From: a virus
Taxonomy: Duplodnaviria > Caudoviricetes
Virus record (IMG/VR): IMGVR_UViG_3300020577_008743
Coordinates: 33,491 to 97,490 of that record
Length of the DNA: 64,000 nucleotides
Direction: 5' to 3' (one strand)
The position numbers and the translations under genes were made by a program. Positions 25,606 to 36,100 of this stretch are shown here, in pieces (position 1 is the first letter of the stretch; every line of letters starts with the position of its first letter). The notes under the pieces are model-generated. The model was not told the DNA's origin. It saw only the letters and a program-made list of their open reading frames with translations, and ran no database searches.

Positions 25606-26271
25606 TTATCGGCGTACCTCAAAGGCTACTTTAAAGTCTGGGCAGTCATAAAACATTTGAGGCGTTAAGTTGTTTACGTTGGCTATCATAGCCTCCAAGT
25701 TGGGAAACTTGGTTGTGTAATCCGGTAGTGATTTGAGAGCATCCCTGCAGACTTCCACACAGGAAACGTGGGAACTATCAGAGACATCGAACAGATTATC
25801 GTAGGGCTTGCCAAGGTCTTGAAGCCCGCCAGTTACTACCTTCGTCCAGTCTGAGAGTTCCATGTTCTTTGGAATCAGAACGGCCACTGAGTCACAGTCG
25901 AAGGCCTCCATGAATGTGGAGAGCTTAGTCCCAGAACCGAGAGCTTCCAGAATCATGAAATCGTTATCTGATTTAACTACATCCCCTTCAACGTTCATCA
26001 TGGAGTGAGTCCAATGAGAGCCTTTTCCTGTTGTGAGCAGAGAGGCCAGGGAAATAAGGTAAGAAGTCAAATGACAACTTCTTCGAGTTAAGAGGATGTA
26101 GTGATCCTTAACCAGAGCCTTACGAAGCCAGTTATGGTCTTCTTCCGTAAGTCTGTAATACAAGCCGCCGTTTATCGCTGCCTGTAGTCTGGGCCATCTA
26201 ATCCAGGAAAAGATGGAGAAGACGAAGGTTAAAACTTTGTAGGCAAACGTTTGGTACTTATTAGGCATCAC
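25606..26271 (-). CDS. permuted papain-like NlpC/P60 (YiiX/YaeF-type) hydrolase
   Basis: WTHS His precedes GKPYD..FD...SCVE Cys; final TPQ motif. Confidence 0.75.
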   Translation of the reverse strand: MMPNKYQTFAYKVLTFVFSIFSWIRWPRLQAAINGGLYYRLTEEDHNWLRKALVKDHYILLTRRSCHLTSYLISLASLLTTGKGSHWTHSMMNVEGDVVKSDNDFMILEALGSGTKLSTFMEAFDCDSVAVLIPKNMELSDWTKVVTGGLQDLGKPYDNLFDVSDSSHVSCVEVCRDALKSLPDYTTKFPNLEAMIANVNNLTPQMFYDCPDFKVAFEVRR

Positions 26272-26618
26272 TTACTCCCAGGTTCTTTCCCCTGTGTGTT
26301 TGGATTTCTATCCTTACCCCAGATTCTACCGGCAATGAAAGTACCTGCGTAAAGTCCAGCGTAACCCTCCGTCATTTTTCCTTCGTTTAGTAATACGATA
26401 AAACCGTAGGTCATAGTGACCAGCACGGTTATGAATGCAAATTTGTAAGACGATACTTTCCCTGTGGTGTCATCCAACACCAGAGACCATAAATCAAAGT
26501 TAGTATTTTTGTTGAAATGAGCTGCTACAAGGCTAGCCATCAGCAACAAAAGAGCTACAAATCCAAGAATTTGGATAAGAGATAGCTTAGCTAACAGAAC
26601 AGCAATATGCTCAATCAT
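26268..26618 (-). CDS. putative holin
   Basis: 2-3 TM helices, basic C-tail, adjacent to endolysin. Confidence 0.6.
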   Translation of the reverse strand: MIEHIAVLLAKLSLIQILGFVALLLLMASLVAAHFNKNTNFDLWSLVLDDTTGKVSSYKFAFITVLVTMTYGFIVLLNEGKMTEGYAGLYAGTFIAGRIWGKDRNPNTQGKEPGSK

Positions 26619-27142
26619 GCTCCGAGCTCTTTCTTGGCTCGTTCCCAGAACTTCAATCGGTCATCGTAACCGTTATACCCGCCATTGATTTTCTTGGTTA
26701 TCAAACGAAAATCCCCGGCATCGGCCAGGGGATTTAGATTTTTGTACACATGCCAAAACCATCCAGCGGATTTGACTGCATAATCGGGCTGTTCTAAGAC
26801 GGCTGGATTAGAGATCAAATCAACGCCTAGATAATCACCGAGAAGTTTATAGTTGTTTCTTCCGGTTATTTGTATCAATCCTCTGCCTTTGAACTTGGGG
26901 CCGTCTCCAGGTTGAGTATTACCCAAGTCTTTTCTACCCTCATAGGCTTTTCCATCGGCCAGTTCTCTGACGTATCGAAACTGTCCCGATTCATGTGCTA
27001 GCTGGGCTAAAAAAGCGGCCTGCCTAGCTGGGGTGTTAACCTCGAACATCTCCAAGGCTTCTTCTACATGGGGGCCGAATTTGTCCACGTTGGCTTGTGT
27101 AGCCAGCGGCATTATTTTGCGAAGGACGGAGGTATCAAACAT
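26615..27142 (-). CDS. GH19 endolysin
   Basis: AAFLAQLAHES, FKGRGLIQITGRNNY, SAGWFW, TKKINGG.NG. Confidence 0.95.
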   Translation of the reverse strand: MFDTSVLRKIMPLATQANVDKFGPHVEEALEMFEVNTPARQAAFLAQLAHESGQFRYVRELADGKAYEGRKDLGNTQPGDGPKFKGRGLIQITGRNNYKLLGDYLGVDLISNPAVLEQPDYAVKSAGWFWHVYKNLNPLADAGDFRLITKKINGGYNGYDDRLKFWERAKKELGA

Positions 27143-27677
27143 TTAAAAAGCTCTTGTAGGGTTGAATGTTAAAAACAAATTGAGCCGGTTTGGTCATGTC
27201 TTCATTCATGAGCTTCCAGCCCATTCTGAATCTAAGACATTTGTTGCTGGTTCCGTACTGTTTGACTAGGTAAAGCATCCAGACATTGCTGTATTCCACA
27301 AACACAAATCCAGATTTTCCTTGGGGTTGGTCTTGAGTAGTAGGGTCTCCTTTTACTACTCTAGTACCGGAAGGAACTCTTCCCAGGACGCTTATGTCGA
27401 ATCCGTAACCAGGATTTCTTATCAACCAAAGGACTTGGTTTATATAGATTTTAATACAATTGGTGTCTACATCCGCATCGTTTCTGAACAACCTGTGCTC
27501 TGATTTAAATCCCGAATCCCCGTTCAGAGAATTGTCAGGAGTCTGAAACCAGCTCAACCAGGAAGGTAGCCAACCCTGTTTATCGGCAAAAAGAGGCCAT
27601 AGCCAAGCCGTAGATATGGCGAACAGGGTGAACAGGCCACCTTGAATAAACAGACGGAACCAGGTTATGTATTTCAT
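27135..27677 (-). CDS. conserved phage membrane-anchored protein
   Basis: WLPSWLSWFQTPDNSL.GD...WLIRNPGYGF...GWKL pattern. Confidence 0.65.
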   Translation of the reverse strand: MKYITWFRLFIQGGLFTLFAISTAWLWPLFADKQGWLPSWLSWFQTPDNSLNGDSGFKSEHRLFRNDADVDTNCIKIYINQVLWLIRNPGYGFDISVLGRVPSGTRVVKGDPTTQDQPQGKSGFVFVEYSNVWMLYLVKQYGTSNKCLRFRMGWKLMNEDMTKPAQFVFNIQPYKSFLNV

Positions 27678-28321
27678 AGAGCTGATAAGCTATTAATTGT
27701 TTGGGTAAGAATGTCAACCACTTGTATCTGGGTAGTAGCTGCTGCTACTCTAATCTTGCCAATACGTCTTTGTTCTTCGATTTGATCGGCTTTGTAGTAC
27801 CAAGCCCCAGCAGTGGCAGTAATGTAGTCAACAACACTTTGTATAGTCGCACTAGGATCTGCTGATCTGAAGGCCATAACTTCTGCGTACAGGCCAGGGT
27901 ATGTTATTCTGTCAATAGTAAGTGGCTTTCCATTGGCAACCCAGAGAGTGCTGCTGGACAACTTAAGCTGGTACGTGATTTCCTGAGCAGTTCTTTCAGT
28001 GACATATCTACGGCTGACTTCCCCCGCTTTGGAATCTATTTGTAGCGCAGACCTTTCCTTCATCTGAACAAGTTCGTCAACGTCGAAATTAGCTTGGTGA
28101 TAAGCTACAACAACATCAATATCATCAGAAACCTTGGATTGAGCTCCTGGAATATCATTGCCAGGTTTAAGGGAAAGACAAAGAGAGTCCTCCACTTCCA
28201 TTTCAATGGTTCTGGCATCCCCTCCAAGCTTGAACGTCCACTTATAGTCTCCCAGTAACACTCCGAGACTCTTGTGGAGCCTGCCTGCGTTAAAAGGGGG
28301 ATTGATTACTTTAGTCAGCAT
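27674..28321 (-). CDS. putative tail-fibre assembly protein
   Basis: Follows fibre genes; ID..AG...RY....Q..TY..K...IE..R..GK..V pattern. Confidence 0.55.
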   Translation of the reverse strand: MLTKVINPPFNAGRLHKSLGVLLGDYKWTFKLGGDARTIEMEVEDSLCLSLKPGNDIPGAQSKVSDDIDVVVAYHQANFDVDELVQMKERSALQIDSKAGEVSRRYVTERTAQEITYQLKLSSSTLWVANGKPLTIDRITYPGLYAEVMAFRSADPSATIQSVVDYITATAGAWYYKADQIEEQRRIGKIRVAAATTQIQVVDILTQTINSLSAL

Positions 28322-28323
28322 AT

Positions 28324-29310
28324 TTAGAAGTCGGCGTCAGCAGTGACGTATGTGGTTGAGTCTGCGCAAGAGAAAGAAGAAGCTCCCGTAGCGTTCTGAG
28401 TTGCGTAAACCATAAGACTGGAGTCTGTGATCCCATTTATCGTGGGCTGGGCGGAGTTGGATACCGTCCAGGTGCCTACTTTTGTTGGGCTGGGGGGAGC
28501 TATTCTCATTTTGACCGGGAAAATTATAGGGATCGAAAAAGCATCTTGGGAAGTCGAAGAATAAGATCCTCTTAAGGCTCCGCTGACTCCACCAAATTTC
28601 TGGTAGTATCTTTGACAGCCCCTCCAGATCTCTCCTTGGGGAAGCATTTCGAAATCCGAAGCAACTCCACCAATCTCAAGCTGGACCTGAGCAATATCAA
28701 AAGTGCCTGATTGCTGGCCAAGTGAATTCGTTCTTGCGTTGTAAGTAGAACCTGCATCTAACCAAAAAGCCAGCCTTAAATAGCTGGTTTCAATAGTGGA
28801 GCTTACTGTGGCCACAATAGCCGGAACTGTGAAAGTGGAAGTGAATTTTTGCCACGTTGTAGTCAAACCGTAAGTCGTAACACCAATACTGGTTACATCA
28901 GAGCCTCCGCCGGAGCCAAAGCTTTGAATAGCTTCTGTGGCTATGTTCTTGGAGGCGTCAGCCTTGGCCAGGAAAGAAAGAGTAACTGTCTGACCTTGGG
29001 TAAGAGTCACGTCTTCCAAGCTGGTGTATAAAGCTGCAAAGTTACCGGCTGCTGCCGAAGTAACAACAGCACAGCGGTTGTAGTATCTCGGGTTATTTGG
29101 AACTGCAGTCTGAATACCGAAAGCCTGTTGGCTATTAGCTATAGTTGAGCCGGTTGAGTTGGTGAACCATCTATCAGCAAGGTATCTGGAAGAACCAGCA
29201 ACGGCAGAGTTCGACGTGCCTCTTTGCCAGATGTCAAAGTTTCCGTTAATGACCAGATTTCTACCTCTGGCCGGGCTAACTCCTGCTTGTGGGATTTTAT
29301 CTACTGGCAT
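28324..29310 (-). CDS. tail fibre protein with carbohydrate-binding module
   Basis: RNLVINGNFDIWQRG...DRW...QVQLE.G..A..FE...CQRYY. Confidence 0.8.
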   Translation of the reverse strand: MPVDKIPQAGVSPARGRNLVINGNFDIWQRGTSNSAVAGSSRYLADRWFTNSTGSTIANSQQAFGIQTAVPNNPRYYNRCAVVTSAAAGNFAALYTSLEDVTLTQGQTVTLSFLAKADASKNIATEAIQSFGSGGGSDVTSIGVTTYGLTTTWQKFTSTFTVPAIVATVSSTIETSYLRLAFWLDAGSTYNARTNSLGQQSGTFDIAQVQLEIGGVASDFEMLPQGEIWRGCQRYYQKFGGVSGALRGSYSSTSQDAFSIPIIFPVKMRIAPPSPTKVGTWTVSNSAQPTINGITDSSLMVYATQNATGASSFSCADSTTYVTADADF

Positions 29311-29312
29311 GT

Positions 29313-30386
29313 TTAGTATTTAACGCAAAATAGTACGACAATGTTTCGGGGACGAGTTTCTATAGCAACTCTAGGTGTCCCATTTGTTCCATCTGAAATT
29401 GCTTGTTGAACTGCATCCGGCATTCTTGAGGTTTGTGGGCCTGATTGAATAGCAGCATATCCACCGCCGGAGCCTGCTGCTGTTCCTTGAGAGTAAAATG
29501 CATGCCAATGACCCTGGAAAGCATCTGTTTGATTGGTACCAAAAGTTCTACCTGAATCAACACCTCTTCCCCCATCATAGCCTCTTAGGAACTCTCCTCT
29601 AAGATCAGGGACTCTAAATGTAGTGCTAAGATCTCCGGAAGAAAATGCACCTTGATTTCCGCTGGACCAAGAAGCTTCGGCTATCACATTTCCACTGCTC
29701 TGAGCAAAACTCCACAAAGCAGGGTAATTACTCCTAAGGATAGAACTGCCGTCAAGGGCAAGATACCCAGAAGGGGCACTAGTTCCCAGCATGTTAATAA
29801 CCGTTCCAACAGGGTTGGCGTTGATAATAAGGGGGTTTATGAGCCTGAATCCACCAGCACTTCCGTTAAGAGTAGAATCATAGATGTATATGTGTTTACC
29901 ACCAACAGCTCCGGCTACTGGATCATTGCCACTGTTATCATAAATTCGTTTGACGCCCAGTCCGTCTACGTTAATGGTAGGGGTAGAGCTCACACTAAGG
30001 GCCGGAGCACCTACTTCTATAACCATGTTTTGAACATAGCCGACGAAGGCCGGAACGAATGAAGCAATTTGTGCATCCCCACTTCCCGTTGCCTGAGTTG
30101 AAGCTATTGATCCACTAAGTCCGGCTGATCCGCTTACAACCCCCGCGTACCATACTAGTACGGCAGATCCGGCAGCAAGGCCTGCCCCAGAGTTTATTGT
30201 CAAAACCGCGCCATTAAGAGTATAGTTCGTTCCCGCCCTTTGGATGACCCCGTTTACGAATACCAGAATTGCATTTGGAGAACCAGGAGCTCTTCCAAGG
30301 GTGAAGTTTGTTTGACCAGAAGTAGCAACAAAATAATCTACCGGGTGATCTTCACGAATTAGTTGTTTACCGATTAATCCTGGCAT
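29313..30386 (-). CDS. tail fibre protein with tail-collar domain
   Basis: PVGTV...APSGYL..DG...YPAL...TFRVPDLRGEFLRG.D.GRG.D...ETRPRN. Confidence 0.9.
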   Translation of the reverse strand: MPGLIGKQLIREDHPVDYFVATSGQTNFTLGRAPGSPNAILVFVNGVIQRAGTNYTLNGAVLTINSGAGLAAGSAVLVWYAGVVSGSAGLSGSIASTQATGSGDAQIASFVPAFVGYVQNMVIEVGAPALSVSSTPTINVDGLGVKRIYDNSGNDPVAGAVGGKHIYIYDSTLNGSAGGFRLINPLIINANPVGTVINMLGTSAPSGYLALDGSSILRSNYPALWSFAQSSGNVIAEASWSSGNQGAFSSGDLSTTFRVPDLRGEFLRGYDGGRGVDSGRTFGTNQTDAFQGHWHAFYSQGTAAGSGGGYAAIQSGPQTSRMPDAVQQAISDGTNGTPRVAIETRPRNIVVLFCVKY

Positions 30387-30388
30387 GT

Positions 30389-31108
30389 TTATTTACCTAT
30401 TGCCATCCAATAAAATTGAGAAGTTTCTGCAGCTGCAGTCTGACCGACTCTACGATAGTAGTTGAATCCAGAAGTTGTAACCGATTGAATATTAACGGTT
30501 AAGTTATTGCTGACTCCAGGAGTAGCAGTCACAGAATAACACGCCGTTGGATAGGTTAAAGTGAAACTTGCTGTGCTATCAGCGGCTCCCCCAGTGGCTA
30601 CTAGACCCCATTGTATAATCAATCCTGAGGGAAGTTTCTGGTATCCAGCAGGACCGTGGCTATAAGCAAATTCTGGAGAATACGTCAATGCTGCAACTCC
30701 GTCCCCGTACCAAGCTGAAGTCCCGTCAGCCATCAGAATAAGACCATCTCCGTTTGTTGCCAGGGTAAATGAAGTTACTGAAGTGACGCCAAATTTTATA
30801 GTGTCAGATCCTGCTCTGTTGATAGTTACGGAGTTTGCCGTTGAATCCGTTCTACGGAACATGTACCGAAGGACGGGATTTGTCTGGAGGTTAGCTGCAG
30901 GTAGGTTAAGGATAACGTTCCCACCCGTTGCATCAACTTTGATCAACCCTACGTGAGTAACCCCTAAGGCCGTAGTTCCGCTAGTGACGGAAGAAAATCC
31001 AGGTACAGATCCAATGGCTAAGTTAGACCCTGCAACTGAATTAGTTGCTATATCGGACCCCGTCAGTACTCTTGGGGCTACGCTTTTGCCTAAATATCCA
31101 CCTGGCAT
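30389..31108 (-). CDS. tail fibre protein (gp53-like C-terminus)
   Basis: GYQKLPSGLIIQWG...YWMAIG. Confidence 0.85.
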   Translation of the reverse strand: MPGGYLGKSVAPRVLTGSDIATNSVAGSNLAIGSVPGFSSVTSGTTALGVTHVGLIKVDATGGNVILNLPAANLQTNPVLRYMFRRTDSTANSVTINRAGSDTIKFGVTSVTSFTLATNGDGLILMADGTSAWYGDGVAALTYSPEFAYSHGPAGYQKLPSGLIIQWGLVATGGAADSTASFTLTYPTACYSVTATPGVSNNLTVNIQSVTTSGFNYYRRVGQTAAAETSQFYWMAIGK

Positions 31109-31117
31109 TATTTATCC

Positions 31118-31468
31118 TTAGCTTAGTTCTACGAGATGTATTTTCGCTGCCAGCTTACCGCTAACACTTGCGTTCATACAAAGATACTCCCCTGTCATTA
31201 ATACCATTTTTGGTAGTTGAAAGCTTGAACCAAAAGGAATGGTAATGGTTTGGAGAGTAACGTCATAAGTGCCGCCAGATCTCTTGATGCTTACAGTAAC
31301 GACCTGGTCAGCCAACCCAGAAGTATCGGTGTTAGCTACGGTGCCGTCAAACACAACAGCGGTAGTAGCTGCTGGCACTGGGCCATAAATAGTATCCGGA
31401 CTTGCTTGGTTGGTAGAGGTGATTGTCTGGCTACCGGTACTAGGGGCATTTTTAAAAGTTGAAGCCAT
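31118..31468 (-). CDS. putative virion protein
   Basis: MASTFKN...VPAATTAVV...KMVL..GE pattern in the fibre block. Confidence 0.6.
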   Translation of the reverse strand: MASTFKNAPSTGSQTITSTNQASPDTIYGPVPAATTAVVFDGTVANTDTSGLADQVVTVSIKRSGGTYDVTLQTITIPFGSSFQLPKMVLMTGEYLCMNASVSGKLAAKIHLVELS

Positions 31469-31481
31469 TTAATTTTCCTAA

Positions 31482-32267
31482 TTATCCACCGAAAACGATG
31501 GAGTAGAGAATTGAGTCTGAGGCTACTGCCGTTCCAGACAAAATAGAATATGCAGATTGGTAAACTTCAAAAGTATCTGCGGCTGAAGGCGCTACGCCAT
31601 AGCCAGAAGCCCAGCTTAAAGTATTCGTTCCGGAGGAGCTTACCAACCTTGCTGTGCCTTGGTTAGTTCCGGATGTAAACTGAACTATGTATTTTCCTGC
31701 AACCAATCCTGCCAGAGTCGACCCAATTGCTGTTGAAGTAATGCTGGTCGTCGTTGCTGAGCCAACCGCCCCAGAAATTATCACCTTTGGATGACTCAGA
31801 AATCTCCAATAACTTGAAGTTGTGTAAAGGGCAACAATCGGGTTACCGCCATCGTCTACCGCTTGGCAAATATATGAATTACTGTCGGAGGTAGAAGGGC
31901 TGGTCAGAGACTCCGGGCCTGTAACCACGTACATTCTATCCTGAACTCTGGTGAATTGCCCCAGAATCCCTGCCGTTGTTCTCATCTCAACAGCGGCTCC
32001 AACACCCCACCCAGAAGCAACTGTACTTTCCATTCCCCTACCCAGAGTAGGAGAAGTTCTTACAGTCAGGGCATCCCCTGTTCTGCTAACTATGTCAATT
32101 ATCTCTACGGAACCACCGGATTCAATAGTAATCAGAAAAAACTGATTAGCACCAGGAGTAGGAAACAAACTTCCCGTTCCAGCTGCCAGCTGAATGGTAG
32201 TAGCACTGCTGGTAATCGGGGACGCCAATGTGCTTTTGGCGTTATTGGCATAAAGTTGTGTACGCAT
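31482..32267 (-). CDS. tail fibre base/attachment protein
   Basis: ANNAKSTLAS.I...G.G.LFP...RG.E.T.A..W..G..VE.R.TAG. Confidence 0.75.
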   Translation of the reverse strand: MRTQLYANNAKSTLASPITSSATTIQLAAGTGSLFPTPGANQFFLITIESGGSVEIIDIVSRTGDALTVRTSPTLGRGMESTVASGWGVGAAVEMRTTAGILGQFTRVQDRMYVVTGPESLTSPSTSDSNSYICQAVDDGGNPIVALYTTSSYWRFLSHPKVIISGAVGSATTTSITSTAIGSTLAGLVAGKYIVQFTSGTNQGTARLVSSSGTNTLSWASGYGVAPSAADTFEVYQSAYSILSGTAVASDSILYSIVFGG

Positions 32268-32273
32268 ATTACG

Positions 32274-32627
32274 TTAGAGGGTAATTACTTGGGTTGAGGA
32301 ATGTTTAGCAGCGAAGGTGCTATTCAATATTTTAACCGAGTCCGTCAGTCGACTAATCACCTCATCTGGGTCTGCCCCTTGAGTAACGTTGATTATGCCG
32401 GTGGTGTGTCTTACAAACTTGTTACCGAAAGTTGGAATAGCTGCTCCAGTCCATTGTTGAAACCGAGCTATGTCCTCAAAGTTAACCACGCCCGCATACG
32501 GACCAAGTACGTTAGTTCCACTATTTTCATAGACGAATATAGCAGTAGGCAAACTACCGCCGCTGATCTGGCCAGTGATAACCCACGATCCATTTTGCAA
32601 GTCCTTAGTTACTGTCAAGGTTGTCAT
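32274..32627 (-). CDS. putative virion protein
   Basis: Structural block context. Confidence 0.55.
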   Translation of the reverse strand: MTTLTVTKDLQNGSWVITGQISGGSLPTAIFVYENSGTNVLGPYAGVVNFEDIARFQQWTGAAIPTFGNKFVRHTTGIINVTQGADPDEVISRLTDSVKILNSTFAAKHSSTQVITL

Positions 32628-33103
32628 GCGAACTTAATAGTCCATTCAAAATGTAAAGTAAACTCTGAAGTTTTCGGAATACCAGGAAAACACTTTACAT
32701 TAAACATCGCGCCAGAAACCTTGAATAGTCCAGCTTCAGTTATCAAAGAACCATTACCCATTCCTTGATCCAGGTCAGCCAAATACGTTACAGAAGGGAC
32801 CGCGCTGTTTGTGGTATAGGCAGTTGTAACACTCATTAGAGGGGTATTCAGATTGGACCAGGAAGGATCTTCTGTTTTAGGAAAAAGACCCTGAGGATCA
32901 ATACTTCCTCCAATCCCTACTTTAAGAGCATTGATGGGGTCCGATAGCAAATTGGGGACGTACAGTCCAGAAAGTAGGACTTGTTTGCTAGCCAAGGTGA
33001 TCAAGTTTTCTTCTTTGAAAACCAAATCTTTGCCGGCATCCGTTACTCTGAATATGCTAAGTTCTCCCAGAATAGGAAGTGTTTCTTCCGAAGTTAAGTT
33101 CAT
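32624..33103 (-). CDS. baseplate/tail-fibre attachment protein
   Basis: ENLIT...GNG..ITEAGLF...F..I.K....L...WTI.F. Confidence 0.7.
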   Translation of the reverse strand: MNLTSEETLPILGELSIFRVTDAGKDLVFKEENLITLASKQVLLSGLYVPNLLSDPINALKVGIGGSIDPQGLFPKTEDPSWSNLNTPLMSVTTAYTTNSAVPSVTYLADLDQGMGNGSLITEAGLFKVSGAMFNVKCFPGIPKTSEFTLHFEWTIKFA

Positions 33104-36100
33104 GAAAATTCTTTGGATATGTTAAAAACAACTCCGTTTCTATTTATGGAAACAGGAGTGGGGTTGGGGATGTCAGCGTAGTATACATCTATTTTAGATC
33201 CCGAGTCAATAGATGCATCGATAGGTTGAGCGTCGATAGCCAGAGAGTTCTGTATTGAGTTAGTACCACCACCTCGTATGTTGTAATAAGGGCTATACAT
33301 TCCATCCCCTCTGCGCAAAGGAATGTTTCTCATTCCAAGGGTAAGCCCGTCCGTGACTTTAACGCCTCTAACATTGGGGGCGGAGGCAGTCAGGTTTGAA
33401 GTCACCCAAAAAACTCCGATGGTATTTTCGTAAATTCGAATACACCATATAAAGTCTCCTTCGAGTACTTCTGAGATGGGAGGGGTGTACGTTTCATACC
33501 CAATCGGGCGAGGTGTGAAATTGCCCAGGTAAGGCATACCAACCCGGTTGAAAATGGTTGAAAAGTTACTAATCAAGTAGGGATAGTAGCTCGTCACTCT
33601 TGAGGTGTCTATGGCTTGAGCGTTTATAAGTTCTCCGACTGTTCTTTGAGTTTCGAACATAGTCCATTCCCATGTAGAAAGGGGAGGGATTTGCTGACCG
33701 ACCGTACCCATACGAGCTGATAGCTCAGCCTGGGTAGTAACATGCAACAACACCTTTCTCATCAACCCGGAGCCCTTTGTGAAGGTCTGTACCCCTAGAT
33801 TAGTGGAAGTAGTGCCTCGGTTGAACGCCATCATTGAACGAGGCTTACCAAAGGTTTCAGAATCCCTATACATCACAGAGGATATCCACTCATTGGTCTG
33901 CAGGGCCTTACCGTTCTGGTATTGATTGTCCGAACCGATATACCCAGTTACAATGCCATTTTCATAGCTTCTAACAGCTCCATTTACTGCAAGGTCATTG
34001 CCCAATTGACCATAAATTTTCCAGGACGTGTTGCAACGAATGAATTGAGGGCAGCCTCGAGCTAGGTTGTCGTATTGTCCATCCCCACCAAACCAGCCGG
34101 GGACAACTCCGCCCGGGGGTGCGTACGTAAACGGAGTGGCTCCAGTATTGTAAGTTACAGTAGTTTTGTCATAAAGAGTTATAGCAGGGTAATATACTCC
34201 CGGCCCCACTGTTCCCATTATTCCTGTGTTGACTCCGTTTTTGTATATAGTGAAATTACCTGAAGAGGCTTCGAATAAAAGACCGATTCTATCCCCCGGT
34301 CTTGATGCTCGAATATCCGGAGAAGGGAAGTTCATCCAAACGTTGTTGTTCAACAGAAATGATCCTTCATACCCCCCGAATCCATACAGAGGACCCCCTG
34401 GGATAGACGAAGAGTTTACGCATAAGTACATAAACGAGTTGGGGTGTAGCCCCAAGGCTTCGGACATTGGGTAATCAGCTTGACATACACCAATCCCAAA
34501 TCCGTAGTAGCCAGATAAGTCCGCAGTAGTGAATGAATATTCGGTCCAATAAACCCCGGTGGCTTTTCCGATATTTGAGTTTGCAACCACCCCTCCATAA
34601 CTTCCTCTAGCCGAAACCAGGTAAGAAATGGTTCCGGTGATAGTATTTTCGGAAACAGTTATCACGGGATATCTGTCTGAAGAAAATTCTGCGTATTGAC
34701 GACCATAGCTAAAAGAGTAAACCCCTTGGTTTACCGTAGGATCGGTAGGTGGATAAGAGAATTCTCTCTCTCCGAAATTAACAGTTGTTTTAATTCTGTC
34801 ATCGAAGGAAGAAATCATGGGGTAATACGTACCCACGGGTAGAGTATGGGCTACTCCACAAGAAACTCCGTTGACATAAAAGCTTAGTTGACGTGTATCA
34901 GCGTTGAACAAAACTCCGATCACGTCAGTGGGCTTGGGGTTTATTCCATAGCCAGAGCCCACCATGCTTCCATTTTTGAACAACAAACTAAATGCTCCAA
35001 CTCCCCCCATGGTGGTGTAAGCCAAAGAGTCCACCTTGGAGTATCCGTAGTTGGGAGTATAGAAATACCAGGAGGCCCCGTTAAGTCCTACTTGTTCTCC
35101 GAAACTTCCAGTAGTGAACGTGTCAGGTCCTCCAACACCAATCTGCATGGTGAATACCGGAATGTTGTCCCATTTGTTAAAGTCTGCTGTGTACCTGTTT
35201 TCGTTGGTTATTTCCCAATACCAGGTTCCAGAAGCCAAGGGAATATCTGATTTGACTGATTCCCAGCCGACACCCCAGGATATGGTGTTTCCCTGTAGTT
35301 GAAGACTGGTGCCTGCCGTGTAGAGAGTAGCGTACCGAACGTTTTTCCGAATCATCTTGTTGATCGGAAAGCTCAGATTATCACACTTGTTTTGAATCCA
35401 GCCTTGAGTAAGGGAAGAATCATCCAGAGTAATGGTGTCATCCGCTGTGGGGACGGTCCAGATGTACAGCGGGGTTGTATAACTAGGTTTGGCGTCCCTG
35501 ATAATGTCAAATAACTGTTCGAACGTTTGCAGATTTTTGAAGTCAATGGTTTTTACATTGACCAAAAACGTATGTTTTTTCAAATAGTTACGCATCAAAT
35601 AATCAGCGTAGCTACCAGCCTTAGCGTATCTATCAGGCTCGCCCGGGGGAATGTAAGGCATTACTGACGGAGGGATTTGCAGGTTTATCCACCACTCTCC
35701 GTCATTGATATAGTCTTTTACTTCAATCCATTCGGCCAGCTCATCGGTAGGGGCCAGAACATCTCCTGTAGAAACCGTGGGGGTCAATCCGTAGGGAATA
35801 AGATAGGAGTTAGAATCGGTTATTACGACGTACTGGTCGGTGTTGAGATACTTACGAGTTTCCAGAACGGTCTCAACATCACGGGCCAAAGGAATACCCA
35901 AGGCTATGTTCAAGCCCTTCTTCATATTGGCTAAGTCCGGGCCGTTTATGAATAGGTAATGGAGTCCATAAATGAAGTTCTTGTATGATTCAGTACTATG
36001 CTCTGGCTCCCCTGGAACAAGGATTTTACCAAAGTATTTGTATATGAACTTCTCGTCTATGTTCGCATCAACAAACCAAAGGGCGTATTGTTTGTCCCCA

